DNA of 64,000 bases, from contig CAWIIP010000004.1 of the NCBI GenBank assembly GCA_963836235.1, positions 256,001-320,000 on the forward strand. The letters are read 5' to 3'. A program made the position numbers and the translations under genes. This DNA comes from an uncultured Pseudomonadota bacterium (GTDB taxonomy: Bacteria > Oederibacteriota > Muellerivitia > Muellerivitales > Muellerivitaceae). The notes below the pieces were generated by a model. The model worked only from the letters and a program-made list of their open reading frames with translations, was not told where the DNA came from and searched no databases. Shown here in pieces: positions 49,946 to 60,032 of this stretch. The stretch's first letter is position 1. Each line of letters begins with the position of its first letter.

Positions 49946-50722
49946 TTATCCCTTAGCCGATCCCTGACCGGCCGTCAGTTGTTTTTTCGTCTCTTGGATG
50001 TCGTATTTGAGGAACAGCTTCTCGAAGCTTTCCACCTTTTCCTTCTCCAGTATTGCCTTGGGCTCACCCGTGGCTAAAAGCCTGCCCTGCTCCAACACAT
50101 GCACCCGGTCGCATCGCTCGGCCTCGTCCATATAGGCGGTGGTGATGACGATGAGGATGCCTTCTTCCCGCAGTCGGTAGAGCATTTCCCAGAATTCCCT
50201 GCGGCTGATGGGGTCCACTCCGGTAGTTGGTTCGTCCAAAAGCACCAGGTTGGGGGATTGCAGCAGGGCGCACATGAGGCCCAGTTTTTTGTACATTCCG
50301 CCGGAAAGCTGGCCGGCGGGACGGTCTTGGAAGGGTTCCAAGCGGGTGATGTGCAGCAGCTCCTGACGGCGTTCCCGGTAGGTTTTTTCTGGTATTTGGT
50401 AGAGGTCCCGGAAAAAATCCAGGTGTTCGGACACGGACAAATCGGCGTAAAGGCTTTGAAGCTGGGGCATATAGGCCATGAGGGGCCGGATATTCTTAAA
50501 TGCCGTGGGTTTTCCATGGTCCCGGAAAATCACACGGCCCTCGGTGGGCTTCAAAAGCCCGATAAGGTGCCGCAACAGCGTGGTTTTGCCCGAACCTTCG
50601 GGGCCGATGAGGCCATGTAGTTGGCCTGGTTCCAAGGAAAGGCTCACGCCCTGAAGGGCCTGATGGGAGCCCATGAGTTTGGTGAGGTTCTCGATTTGAA
50701 TGCTGATCTTGGGATTTTTCAT
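49946..50722 (-). CDS. ABC transporter ATP-binding protein
   Basis: GPEGSGKT, LSGGM, LLDEPTTG. Confidence 0.95.
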   Translation of the reverse strand: MKNPKISIQIENLTKLMGSHQALQGVSLSLEPGQLHGLIGPEGSGKTTLLRHLIGLLKPTEGRVIFRDHGKPTAFKNIRPLMAYMPQLQSLYADLSVSEHLDFFRDLYQIPEKTYRERRQELLHITRLEPFQDRPAGQLSGGMYKKLGLMCALLQSPNLVLLDEPTTGVDPISRREFWEMLYRLREEGILIVITTAYMDEAERCDRVHVLEQGRLLATGEPKAILEKEKVESFEKLFLKYDIQETKKQLTAGQGSAKG

Positions 50723-50770
50723 GTAACCCTTTTCACCACCGAGGGGCAGTGGGCCTGCTTTTAAAAGAAC

Positions 50771-51502
50771 TCATTCCTTCGGCAAGCCTGCCTCCAAGGT
50801 CATGCCGGGTTTTAACAAGCCATCCGGATTATCAAAAGTAATCTTGACGGCGTAGACCAGGTTGGTTCTTTCCGTTTCGGTTTGCACGTTCTTGGGTGTG
50901 AATTCGGCCTCGTCGTTGATATGGGTGATCGCCCCTTGAAAAGTTTTCCCCTTCATCTCCGGTAAAGAGGCGTTCACTTTTTGGCCGTAGGAAAGCTTTG
51001 CCAGGATCGGCTGGGGCACGTAAAAGTAGCACCAAACCTGCCGCAGATCGGCCAAGGTAAAGAGTTTGGCGCCGGGGCCCACCCAATCGCCCGGTTCGTG
51101 GTATTTGGTGAGGATGGTGGCCGTCAAGGGGGCGGTGACGGAACACCACTGGACATGCAAATCCGCCAGCGCTTTTTGAGTTTTCAAGTGATTGAAGGTT
51201 TCCACCGGCATGGATCCCGCCTGGTAAAGCTTCAAACCCCTGGCGTAATCATCATTGGCGCTTTCTTGGGCCACTTTGTAATCCGGCCCGTCTAGCGTGA
51301 CCAGCGACTGTCCCAACGTGACGGCCTGCCCCTCGTCGGCCTGCAGGGAATTGACCGTGGAAGAAACCTGGGAGGCCACATCCACCTCGGTGGCTTCCAC
51401 CGTTCCGGCGTAAGCGAATTTGTTGTTTTGGATTCTCCAGTAAATCAGCGCCCCCAACCCTATAACGGCCAGGGGAATAATGAACTTCAGCCTTTTTTTC
51501 AT
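50771..51502 (-). CDS. HlyD/YbhG-like periplasmic adaptor
   Basis: AEFTPKNVQTE.ER..LVYAVK, LKPGM. Confidence 0.92.
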   Translation of the reverse strand: MKKRLKFIIPLAVIGLGALIYWRIQNNKFAYAGTVEATEVDVASQVSSTVNSLQADEGQAVTLGQSLVTLDGPDYKVAQESANDDYARGLKLYQAGSMPVETFNHLKTQKALADLHVQWCSVTAPLTATILTKYHEPGDWVGPGAKLFTLADLRQVWCYFYVPQPILAKLSYGQKVNASLPEMKGKTFQGAITHINDEAEFTPKNVQTETERTNLVYAVKITFDNPDGLLKPGMTLEAGLPKE

Positions 51503-51506
51503 TTAT

Positions 51507-52958
51507 TTACTCCTTTCCCGCGAGGGACGATAAAACAGATAACTGCATCAGTATTTGAACATCGTTGGAAGCATCCTGGATCTTGGCGTCCAAAGCTTGA
51601 AAATTAGCCGTCTGGACTTCCAGGAAACGGACTGTCCCGGCTTTATAAGCCCCATAGGTAAGGTTGGCCAGTTGCTGCGTCTCGGACACGGCAGTTTCAT
51701 TCAAGGTTTGTTGGTATACCAGTGACCTTAAAGAATCGCCCGCCTTGTTCCAGTCCCTCCAAAGGTCGGATTTGGCCTGGTCTAGGTCCGCCAGATAGGC
51801 TTCGGATTGTTGGCGCTTGGAATCCGAATCTTTCACGATGGCCCCCCAATCGAAAAGGGGCATGCTGGCTGAAACCGAAATAATATTTTGTTGGATGGTT
51901 TCCAATATCGGGCCATCGGGATTTTCAAAACCGGCCTGGGCCGATAACGTAATTTTGGGCAAAAGCTCCGAACTTATCGCGTTTGCCGCGAAACGGGTGG
52001 AATCAGCCAGGTAAGCGTAGGTCTTGAGCTGGGGGACCGATTCGTCGGGTGGAACGGTGGCTTCCTTTTGAAGGGAATTTAGCGAATCCTTCACGGAATC
52101 CGTGGAAAGCCAAGCCGTGGGGTTTGGAACTCCCTCCGGGAGTCCCCCTTCCATATGACTATCGAGAGGCCGGGTAAAATCCGCCGGTTCTTTTTCTCCC
52201 ACCAAATCGAAAAGATTTCTTAAGGATTGGGCCAGGTTGGCTTGTGCCTGGATAAACTGCCGCTGGTAATTCAATACCTCTTGATGGGAAGACAACTGAT
52301 CCAGGCGGCTGGCCGTGCCAAAATGCGCTTGGTGGACAATGTCGGCATACTGGGCCTGGGCCACCTTGAGCGAATCCCCCAGGAGACGGACCTGTTCCAG
52401 GTTGATCTTCGATTGGAAATAGGCCAACCGGACGGCCAAGCGCAACTGCCGCTGGGCGGCTAGATATTGTTGTTCCTGCGATTGGGAAGCCGCCGTGGAG
52501 CTGTTGGCCAGGTTGTGTTGGGAACGGAAGTCCCACAGGTTCCAGTTCAAAGTGGCCTCGGCGCTCCAGTTATTGGCTTTCCCAAAAGGTTCCTGGGGGC
52601 CTTTCGGAATGATGGATAATTCGGGGACATAAGTTTGGTAGAAGTAGTTTCCGCTCAACCCCAGCCGGGGTAACTCGGCCGCACCCATGGAACCGGCTTC
52701 ACTTCGGGCGGTTTCGTAGCCCAACCTAGCCGCCTGAAGTTGGGTGGAATTTTTAAAAGCGAGTTGAACCAAATCGGAAAGCGACAGGGCCATACGGGTG
52801 GCGGGCCTTTGATTTGGGTTGTTTTGAGGGGCAAAGGCCTCCACCTGACCCATCGGGATGAAGGGAGCGGGAGTGGAAATTTCAGTCGGGTTGGGATGGA
52901 TTTGAGCCCAAACCCGAACCGGGAAGATCAAGATCAGAAATGCCAGTGTTTTTTTCAT
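51507..52958 (-). CDS. TolC-family outer-membrane efflux protein
   Basis: Signal peptide, two OEP repeats, Y.AG....LEV. Confidence 0.9.
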   Translation of the reverse strand: MKKTLAFLILIFPVRVWAQIHPNPTEISTPAPFIPMGQVEAFAPQNNPNQRPATRMALSLSDLVQLAFKNSTQLQAARLGYETARSEAGSMGAAELPRLGLSGNYFYQTYVPELSIIPKGPQEPFGKANNWSAEATLNWNLWDFRSQHNLANSSTAASQSQEQQYLAAQRQLRLAVRLAYFQSKINLEQVRLLGDSLKVAQAQYADIVHQAHFGTASRLDQLSSHQEVLNYQRQFIQAQANLAQSLRNLFDLVGEKEPADFTRPLDSHMEGGLPEGVPNPTAWLSTDSVKDSLNSLQKEATVPPDESVPQLKTYAYLADSTRFAANAISSELLPKITLSAQAGFENPDGPILETIQQNIISVSASMPLFDWGAIVKDSDSKRQQSEAYLADLDQAKSDLWRDWNKAGDSLRSLVYQQTLNETAVSETQQLANLTYGAYKAGTVRFLEVQTANFQALDAKIQDASNDVQILMQLSVLSSLAGKE

Positions 52959-53602
52959 GACTTCGGTCCTTTCCGAGGGGCGAGCGATTCCAGCATCAGA
53001 TCTATCCTGGCCGCTAGCGCCTTATCCGAGGCGATGGCGACTTTGACCACCGCCAGGGGGATGAAACGCAAACTTTTTACCTCCAGGTGCTCCAGCAGGG
53101 CCACCATGATCAACGGAAAAAGACAAGCCCCCATGAGCACCGGCATGATGGAAGGCAGGGCCATTTTGCGAAGCGAACCTTCCTTTTGGCATTGCCTCAC
53201 CAGTCCCACGATGACCAGGCCGTGACGGGGAGCGTTGGATTTCACAAAGTCCAAAACCACCCGGTTCTTGTTCAATATGTCGTGAAGGATTCCCAGGAGC
53301 ATCCGGCGATTCGCACCCACGAAATGGCCCAAGGTCAGGAGGGCGGAGCGGAGCCTTTCCAGGGCAGGGCTATCCCCTGAGGTTTCCAGGGAAAACTCGC
53401 GAAAAAACTTCTCGTAAGTGTCCTGTAAAACCGTCCGGGTGAACTGGTCCTTGGTCTTGAAGTGATAGTGGAACATGCCCAAGTTGACGCCGGCTTTTTT
53501 AGCAACCTGGCGAAGGTTCATCCCGGTGATGCCGGATTGGGATAGAAGGTTCCTGGCGGCCTCGATGAGCCGCTGGTCGGTGTTTCCAGAAGGTCTCGAC
53601 AT
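52955..53602 (-). CDS. TetR-family regulator
   Basis: LIEAA..L....GI...NLRQVA..AGVN.G..HYHF.TKD. Confidence 0.92.
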   Translation of the reverse strand: MSRPSGNTDQRLIEAARNLLSQSGITGMNLRQVAKKAGVNLGMFHYHFKTKDQFTRTVLQDTYEKFFREFSLETSGDSPALERLRSALLTLGHFVGANRRMLLGILHDILNKNRVVLDFVKSNAPRHGLVIVGLVRQCQKEGSLRKMALPSIMPVLMGACLFPLIMVALLEHLEVKSLRFIPLAVVKVAIASDKALAARIDLMLESLAPRKGPKS

Positions 53603-53631
53603 TTTTTCCTCTTTGAGCCTATAAAGAATTC

Positions 53632-53661
53632 TATACGATTGTATAGTTATACAACTGTATA
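53632..53661. promoter_or_regulatory. Tandem putative TetR operators TATAC-N4-GTATA
   Basis: TATACGATTGTATA (53632-53645) and TATACAACTGTATA (53648-53661) just upstream of tetR. Confidence 0.65.
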
Positions 53662-53753
53662 GAAAAAAGCAAGAATGATTCAAAATATTGATTCGCGACT
53701 AGTTTTTTAAATATCCTCGGTGAATTTAATCATCTTGAGCGTCGCCCTATGTT

Positions 53754-54410
53754 TTAGGGAACGGGAGTTGTTTCGGTCTGTCTGGCCAGTTGGACCGGTT
53801 GCGGGCGTTCTTTCAATGCTTCGGCTTGGCGGCGCAGGATTTCCCGCCGCACGGCGTCCAATAAATCCTTCACACCACCGCGCATGTAATCGCCCGCGAA
53901 AGGAGCGTCGAAGTTTTGCTTGGCTTTCAAGCTATAAATGATTTCCAATCCCTTGACGGGGTCGGGAACCAATTGCCAGGAGCCCTCGTAAAACGCGAAG
54001 TCCTTGTGGTCGGTATCGGTGAAATTGATCGATTGGTACCAGGATTCGTGGACGTCCAAGAGGACGTGGACCCGCTTGGTGAAGAAAAGGAAGCCGCCCT
54101 CAAAATCCTGTTCCAAAAGGAAATGGTAGGGGCCTAAATCCTCGGTTACATGGCTTTTTTTCAGGCTTCCCACGAACTTGGGAATATGTTCGTAACCTGT
54201 CAAAACATCCCAAACGGAGGGGGTATCGTTGGCGACATAAAAAGAACCGTTGATGTCATAAGCATGGTCCTTTTCCTGGAAGGCGAGTGACACGGGATCG
54301 GCGGCTTGGCCTGCGCCGCAGGAGAGGGCGACGCAGACGGCCACCATCGCAGCCCTGAGAAGAAGCTGACGATGAATTCTTTTTGTTGTCGTGGAGGGCA
54401 TTGTTTTCAT
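53754..54410 (-). CDS. Secreted SRPBCC/START (Coq10/polyketide cyclase-like) protein
   Basis: VWDVLTGYEHIP.F...L..S, DFAFYEGSWQL. Confidence 0.75.
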   Translation of the reverse strand: MKTMPSTTTKRIHRQLLLRAAMVAVCVALSCGAGQAADPVSLAFQEKDHAYDINGSFYVANDTPSVWDVLTGYEHIPKFVGSLKKSHVTEDLGPYHFLLEQDFEGGFLFFTKRVHVLLDVHESWYQSINFTDTDHKDFAFYEGSWQLVPDPVKGLEIIYSLKAKQNFDAPFAGDYMRGGVKDLLDAVRREILRRQAEALKERPQPVQLARQTETTPVP

Positions 54411-54505
54411 TCTCTCTTATTTTTCCCCTAAAGGGGAGCCCTTCCGAAGAGGGGCCCTCCATTAGGGGCCCCGGCTATCCCGCCGGGGCGCCTTTCAACC
54501 CAGCC

Positions 54506-55936
54506 TTAGAACTGCAACTGGAGCTGCATCCGACCCACGGGCACGAAGCCAATGCGGGTGTTGGGGCTGTTGATGCCGGAGTTGGCTGATCCGGGCATTT
54601 CGGCCACCAGGTACTTGCCGTCGTCGCTGTGCACTTCCGGCGTGTTGAACATGAACAGGGTCTCGGCCACTAGTTTCAAGTCGCTGTTGACGTGCAGGGT
54701 GATGGACGGCAGGGTCAGGTCAAAGATGGGGTCGCTGTTCACGAAGATCGGGGCGTAGAAGGTGCCGGCAATCGGGGTCCCATTCAAATTCCGCTTCGTG
54801 TAAGTGCCCACCATGTTGGTGTCGGGAACGACGACGGAGAGACGGCCGGCCACTTCCCAGGGGTTGTCGCCCACGGAGACGATGACTTCGCCGCCGCCGA
54901 TGTTGATGGAGTTTTGCTGGCCGGCGGTCACTGGAACGCCGTTGACCGCCGCCGGGGCGGCCTCATAAGGGATGGCCGAGGTAACGGTCATGTCATAATG
55001 CGCGACCATGACTTGGCCCGTCGCGGTGAAGGTCGTATCCGCCAAGGGAGCCCGGATTTGGAGGTCCGCCCCATATTGCCAATAGTTGGCGTGGACGGGA
55101 TTGGCTCCGGCGTTCCCCAGGTAGGGGTTGAACACCGAGGAAATCAAGACGTTCCCGTATTGGCTGTTGGCGTTGTAGGTGGCCAGGTAACCGCCACCCA
55201 AGGCCAAATCGTCGCTATGTCCCGCGTTGCTGTCCGCCGCCAAATAACCGGTCAGATGGCCGGCCCATTCCAGCTTGGTCGGCTTGTCGAAACCGGTTTG
55301 TTTGGGATGGAAGGGGTCGTCGGTGATCCCGTCGTTGATCCCAACCCGCAGGAACATGGGGGTGGGGAAGTTCAAGACTTCCGGCAAGTAGCGTTGAACC
55401 ACATCCGGCCCGCCTTGGACCAAACCAAACTGCCCGTCCAAGCTGCCCAGGTGCCCAAAGAGGGCCACGCCCGTGTCATAGCCTTGGTTGAAGAACAGGT
55501 TGAACATCGGGTCCTTTTCGCTGAAAAGCTGGTTGCCCTCATAGACAGCGCTTTCCAGGTTTCCCGGCACCTTGAACTGCCCGACTTTCCCGGTGATCAT
55601 ATCGGGGATAATCGGCAGGTCGATACTGGCATCCAACAGGTTCAACTGGTTGTTGCTGCTGTTGATGGCTTCGCCGCCGAAGGCTACCTCGAAGTTCCAC
55701 TTGATGTCTTTATAAGTTCCGCTGGTGAAGAGGCGGTCTTCCTCATCCCACAGGTATAACCGGAAATGGTCCCGGACATTGTCATCCGATACGATTTCCG
55801 CATCGCCCATGACCTGGATCCGTCCGCCGAACGACAGGTCAAGATCGTCGTTCTTAAAGATTTCGGCCGCTTTCCCGTGGGTGGTGAAGCCCAGAAGCAT
55901 CACCAACGCCATCATCCATTTCTTAAAGTGTTTCAT
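54506..55936 (-). CDS. Outer-membrane beta-barrel/porin-like protein
   Basis: Signal peptide, GGRIQ, LLDASID, GQFKVP, C-terminal GRMQLQLQF. Confidence 0.8.
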   Translation of the reverse strand: MKHFKKWMMALVMLLGFTTHGKAAEIFKNDDLDLSFGGRIQVMGDAEIVSDDNVRDHFRLYLWDEEDRLFTSGTYKDIKWNFEVAFGGEAINSSNNQLNLLDASIDLPIIPDMITGKVGQFKVPGNLESAVYEGNQLFSEKDPMFNLFFNQGYDTGVALFGHLGSLDGQFGLVQGGPDVVQRYLPEVLNFPTPMFLRVGINDGITDDPFHPKQTGFDKPTKLEWAGHLTGYLAADSNAGHSDDLALGGGYLATYNANSQYGNVLISSVFNPYLGNAGANPVHANYWQYGADLQIRAPLADTTFTATGQVMVAHYDMTVTSAIPYEAAPAAVNGVPVTAGQQNSINIGGGEVIVSVGDNPWEVAGRLSVVVPDTNMVGTYTKRNLNGTPIAGTFYAPIFVNSDPIFDLTLPSITLHVNSDLKLVAETLFMFNTPEVHSDDGKYLVAEMPGSANSGINSPNTRIGFVPVGRMQLQLQF

Positions 55937-56036
55937 AACCACTCCTCCTTTTTATTTAACTGCAGCAACTTTTTAAACTTCCCTACAACTCAACTTCCGC
56001 CGGTTACCCGGAGTCAAACCTTTCCGCCCTGGTCGC

Positions 56037-56750
56037 TTATTTCGTGGCGGGCGCGAAAACAACGTCGTAATGGATCTCAATCTCATCCGTGCAGGTGATA
56101 GACGTCACCAGCAGGGAGATAGACGGGGGTTTCACCTTGTAATCCGACATTTTCAGTTTCTGTACCCCTTTGAGATGTATCTGATTCCCTTTAATCTCCG
56201 TTTCGGCGGACAAGGTAACGGGAGCCGTGGCCCCGGCGATCGTCAAGTTTCCCTCCGCGGTCATGAGATTATCCTTGAGGGTCTCATTTTCGAGTTCGAA
56301 TTCGATGGAGGGATTATCTTTGGCTAGGAGAGCTTTGTAGGCATTGTCATCCAATCCTGATTCCCGAGATTTCAAGTTAGTCACAGGAACCACTAATGTC
56401 ATCGAATCCACCCCATCGTTCTTAAGGGATTTGGCTAGATCCCCCTTGGGGGATTTCAAGACCGCTGAGCCTAAAAGGCTATTGGCGTGCATTTGGTATT
56501 TGTGAAGGGTTGAATCGCCTTCCAAATAGAGCACGCTTCCCGCTTGGAGGACCAATCCTTCCTTGGACTGGGAATCAGCGGGACCCACAATTGTGGCCGC
56601 CTTTTCGTACCAAGGGGTATAGCCCTGCATCAGCTGGTTTCCGCTGGAGGAGGCCGCCCCCGGGGTGGTTTGGCCTTCGGCCAAAACCGTCAAAGCTGAG
56701 GCCGTTGCCAGGCCCATCGTCGTGATTAAAGTCAGTGTTAATCTTTTCAT
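56037..56750 (-). CDS. YceI-family polyisoprenoid-binding protein
   Basis: GDSTLH, L.S...GLD.N.YKAL, G.LTIAG.T.PV, MSDY.VKPP. Confidence 0.85.
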   Translation of the reverse strand: MKRLTLTLITTMGLATASALTVLAEGQTTPGAASSSGNQLMQGYTPWYEKAATIVGPADSQSKEGLVLQAGSVLYLEGDSTLHKYQMHANSLLGSAVLKSPKGDLAKSLKNDGVDSMTLVVPVTNLKSRESGLDDNAYKALLAKDNPSIEFELENETLKDNLMTAEGNLTIAGATAPVTLSAETEIKGNQIHLKGVQKLKMSDYKVKPPSISLLVTSITCTDEIEIHYDVVFAPATK

Positions 56751-56832
56751 TGTGTCTCCTCTTTTGTAATTAATGGTACCGAAAATTTTTTATCGACACT
56801 GCGCATCATGCCGACGATCTCAAAATTTATTT

Positions 56833-56846
56833 ATGAGCTAAGTCAT
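56833..56846 (-). promoter_or_regulatory. Crp/Fnr-type box (yceI operon)
   Basis: ATGAGCTAAGTCAT; -10 CATGAT at 56810-56805. Confidence 0.8.
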
Positions 56847-56892
56847 ATAAAAAATTTATTTCGCTTGTTCTCCGTCGGCATTAAATTGAAAA

Positions 56893-56907
56893 GCAAGGGA
56901 AGTGCCA
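56893..56907 (-). promoter_or_regulatory. sigma54 promoter (consensus)
   Basis: TGGCACTTCCCTTGC on the minus strand. Confidence 0.9.
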
Positions 56908-56966
56908 GTCGAATAAGGTTGAAATTGCGGGTTTTAAAGGAGAATCGAGTTTTATATTTATGGAGT

Positions 56967-56984
56967 TATGGCATCCCCGCCATA
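56967..56984. promoter_or_regulatory. bEBP enhancer (copy 4)
   Basis: TATGGCATCCCCGCCATA, 61 bp from the sigma54 GG. Confidence 0.8.
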
Positions 56985-57046
56985 GCGTTCACGCCATAAT
57001 GACTTGCGGTTGGATAAAAAAGTCTGTCCCCATAAAAATAATTTAT

Positions 57047-57060
57047 ATGATCTGCGTCAT
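57047..57060. promoter_or_regulatory. Crp/Fnr-type box, target unclear
   Basis: TATGATCTGCGTCATA. Confidence 0.65.
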
Positions 57061-57311
57061 AGATTCCGGTCTGAAAAAGCGAAAATTGAATCGGAATGCA
57101 CTTAGAAGTAAACCTCCGTCGGGCAATATGGAAAGTCCTTGGGTTATGTGCGGATAAATTATTTGGCGCTTTCGATTTCCCGGGGGAGGCCACCCGCCAC
57201 CAATCAATCAAGGTTTGTCATGCGAAAACCCGACTTGGTTCGTCCATTTTCCACAACCGATTTTTCATAATGAAGTCAAAACAACATGATGAAGAAAGAA
57301 AACAAGACAAT

Positions 57312-57325
57312 ATGATCTCCGTCAT
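57312..57325 (+). promoter_or_regulatory. Crp/Fnr-type box upstream of the sensor kinase
   Basis: GACAATATGA-TCTCCG-TCATATTGTC extended palindrome. Confidence 0.75.
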
Positions 57326-57391
57326 ATTGTCGCTCTGCTTTTGTAGGATCATATTCCTGGACGATATTCACAATTCAAGTGGAGGAAGTCT

Positions 57392-58771
57392 GTGCCGCCA
57401 TTTTGGGGAGAAGGAATTTACGCTAAAAAAGGCGGCTGGTTCATCGGATTGAGATGGATGGCTATCGCCGGTGGATTGTTGATCCTGCTAATCGCCCCCT
57501 TTTTGGTTCCTTTGAATATTAGATATGAAAGGCTTGTGGCTGTTCTCCTTTTTGGGGGAGTGTTGAATGGACTTTATCTTTGGTACTGGAATCGCTTAAA
57601 GCAAAGGGGCTTTCTCCAAACGGAATGGACTAAAAAGGCGGAATGGTTCCTCCATATTCAAATGGGTGGGGATCTTTTAGCCCTCACCTTGCTCCTTTTT
57701 TTCAGTGGTGGTTCCAACAATCCCCTCGTTTTTTTCTTTCTTTTTCACCTCGCTATTGGCGCCATTCTTTTCGACCGCAAGCAGAGCTTGCCTTATGCCC
57801 TGGCCGCTCTTGCCATCCCCTGGATGCTTTATTGGGTAGAACCCTTGACCAATCCAACACAGAATCTTTGGAAAGGACTCGGGGAAATACAACCTGAGCA
57901 CCAAAAGGCAATTCTTTTAGCCTATTCCCTGACCGTGGCTGGCCTTTGGTTTTTCCTGGCTAACTTGGCTGAGGACCTTCGGGAAAAGGAACGGAACCTA
58001 TGGGAGACGGGGGAAAAGCTGCATTTGGCCAATGAGGAACTAAAAGAACTGGATGTTTTTAAAAACCGCTTCCTCAAACAAGTGGTAATGCAGGTTAAGG
58101 ATCCCTTAATGGAAGTGGGGTTGGAATTGGGAAAAGTAGAGAAATCTTTGACTCATCCCGATGATCCTTCTTTAAAAGCGTTGGATACGGCCAAAAAGCA
58201 AATTTGGGCGCTTTTGCAGCTGATCGAGGATTTGGTTTGGATTTCCAGGACCCGGGCCCAGGACAGTTCCTTCAAAAGGAATTGGGTGGATGTTTACGAA
58301 ACGTTAAGGAAATGCATTCAGTCGAAAGAAGCCGAGGTAGAAGCAAAAGGAATTCATTTCCAACTTCACGGTGAGCCTCAAGTCCGATTAAGGGCCGATC
58401 AGGAATCTTTTCAGAAAGTCGCGGATAATTTGATCGCCAACGCTGTCCAATATACTCCGGAAGGTTGGGGGGATATTCTCGTGGAGTTTAAGATGGAGGG
58501 GGACTGGATGGAGTTTGCCGTGGAAGACCAAGGCATAGGCATTTCTCCCAAAAACCAGAAAAATTTATTCCAAGAGTTCTATCGTGGCTCCAACGCCAAG
58601 CGACAGGAGAAATTTGGAACGGGTTTAGGACTTTCCATCGTCAAATCGATAATCGACTTGCACGGGGGAAAGATTCAGGTGCGTAGCGAACCCAAGAAGG
58701 GAACCAGGGTGGATACCTGGTGGCCTCATGTTCATGAAGAGCCCAGTCCGGAACCGATCAAGATTACTTAG
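57392..58771 (+). CDS. Membrane sensor histidine kinase-like protein lacking the phospho-acceptor His
   Basis: Multiple TMs; intact N, G1, F, G2 boxes (NLIANAVQY, DQGIGI, LFQEF, GTGLGL); H-box reads VVMQVKDPL. Confidence 0.85.
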   Translation: MPPFWGEGIYAKKGGWFIGLRWMAIAGGLLILLIAPFLVPLNIRYERLVAVLLFGGVLNGLYLWYWNRLKQRGFLQTEWTKKAEWFLHIQMGGDLLALTLLLFFSGGSNNPLVFFFLFHLAIGAILFDRKQSLPYALAALAIPWMLYWVEPLTNPTQNLWKGLGEIQPEHQKAILLAYSLTVAGLWFFLANLAEDLREKERNLWETGEKLHLANEELKELDVFKNRFLKQVVMQVKDPLMEVGLELGKVEKSLTHPDDPSLKALDTAKKQIWALLQLIEDLVWISRTRAQDSSFKRNWVDVYETLRKCIQSKEAEVEAKGIHFQLHGEPQVRLRADQESFQKVADNLIANAVQYTPEGWGDILVEFKMEGDWMEFAVEDQGIGISPKNQKNLFQEFYRGSNAKRQEKFGTGLGLSIVKSIIDLHGGKIQVRSEPKKGTRVDTWWPHVHEEPSPEPIKIT

Positions 58772-58788
58772 ATTTATTAAAAAATATT

Positions 58789-59793
58789 CTAGTCTTCTAT
58801 TTTTAAAACGGCGGCCCCTTCTAAACGTCCGGCACGGAGGTCCGCAAGGGCTTCATTGGCCATTTCCAAGGGATAAACCCTAACATGGGTTTCGACGGGA
58901 ATTTGAGGAGCCAGATTCAGGAATTCCTCTCCGTCCTGACGGGTCAAATTGGCGACCGATCGGATTTGCCGCTCGCCCCACAAGATGGAATAAGGGAAAG
59001 AGGGAATCTCACTCATGTGAATTCCGGCGCAGACAACCACTCCTCCCTTGGCAACCGACCTTAGGGCCATGGGAACCAATTCTCCGATGGGGGCGAAAAT
59101 AATTGCGGCATCCAAAGGTTCGGGTGGGGTATCACCCGATGCCCCTACCCAATCCGCTCCCAGCTTTTTCGCGAAGGCCTGGCTTCCGAAATCGCCTTGA
59201 CGGGTGAAGACGTAAACATCACGATTCTGATGTTTCGCGACCTGAATCAAAAGATGGGCCGCCGCTCCGAAGCCATAAAATCCCAGCCGCTTTCCTTCAC
59301 CCGCCATCCGTAAGGACCGATAACCAATCAAACCGGCACAGAGCAGGGGCGCCGCCTGTATGTTGGGATAGCTTTTGGGAATAGGAAAAGAAAAACGCTC
59401 ATCCGCTAGGCAGTACTCCGCAAAGCCACCATCCAATTGATAACCAGTGTAACGGGCGAGGTCACACAAGTTTTCATGGCCGCTTCTGCAGTAATCGCAG
59501 GTACCACAGCAGCCGCCCAACCAAGGAATTCCCACCCGATCCTTAACCTTAATCGTTTTTACCCCCGGGCCTAATGCCTCCACCACGCCCACCACCTGAT
59601 GGCCGGGAACCAAGGGCAATTTAGGCTCTTTAAGGTCTCCATCTACCACATGAAGATCGGTACGGCACACCCCGCAGGCCTTAACCCGGACAAGGACTTG
59701 GCCGGTCATGGGGATGGGTTTGGGAATGGTAGCCGCTTTTAAGGGCATTCCTTGGGATTTCAGTACCATAGCTTTTATGACATTTTGATCCAT
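58789..59793 (-). CDS. Zinc-dependent alcohol dehydrogenase-family protein
   Basis: CGVCRTDLH, PGHQVVG, C..C..C...ENLC, GFYGFGAAAH. Confidence 0.95.
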   Translation of the reverse strand: MDQNVIKAMVLKSQGMPLKAATIPKPIPMTGQVLVRVKACGVCRTDLHVVDGDLKEPKLPLVPGHQVVGVVEALGPGVKTIKVKDRVGIPWLGGCCGTCDYCRSGHENLCDLARYTGYQLDGGFAEYCLADERFSFPIPKSYPNIQAAPLLCAGLIGYRSLRMAGEGKRLGFYGFGAAAHLLIQVAKHQNRDVYVFTRQGDFGSQAFAKKLGADWVGASGDTPPEPLDAAIIFAPIGELVPMALRSVAKGGVVVCAGIHMSEIPSFPYSILWGERQIRSVANLTRQDGEEFLNLAPQIPVETHVRVYPLEMANEALADLRAGRLEGAAVLKIED

Positions 59794-59936
59794 GAAATTA
59801 TTTTAACAGCGACAAGCCGTTCTTTTGTAATGAAGGAGTTCTTGAATATTTCCTTTATGGTTTTATCGGGTCTTTTTGTCGATTGGAACAGCCGAAGACG
59901 CAATTGGGGGCATTGTCCGGTTCTTTTTAGCCTTCT

Positions 59937-59950
59937 ATGACGGGGGTCAT
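59937..59950 (+). promoter_or_regulatory. Crp/Fnr-type box upstream of crp paralogue 2
   Basis: TATGACGGGGGTCATA; -10 TAATTT at 59973-59978. Confidence 0.8.
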
Positions 59951-60032
59951 AAAGGACCTATGAGAGGCCACTTAATTTGATTCAAGTGAAGGTGGCCAAA
60001 TGAGGCACTTTTTCACGCAAAAAGGTGGATCT

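Noticed and set aside
59830-59843. Regulon box ATGAAGGAGTTCTT before the ADH gene
   Set aside because: Mismatch in the core TCA and the -10 is off by 2 bp; possible but not supported enough.
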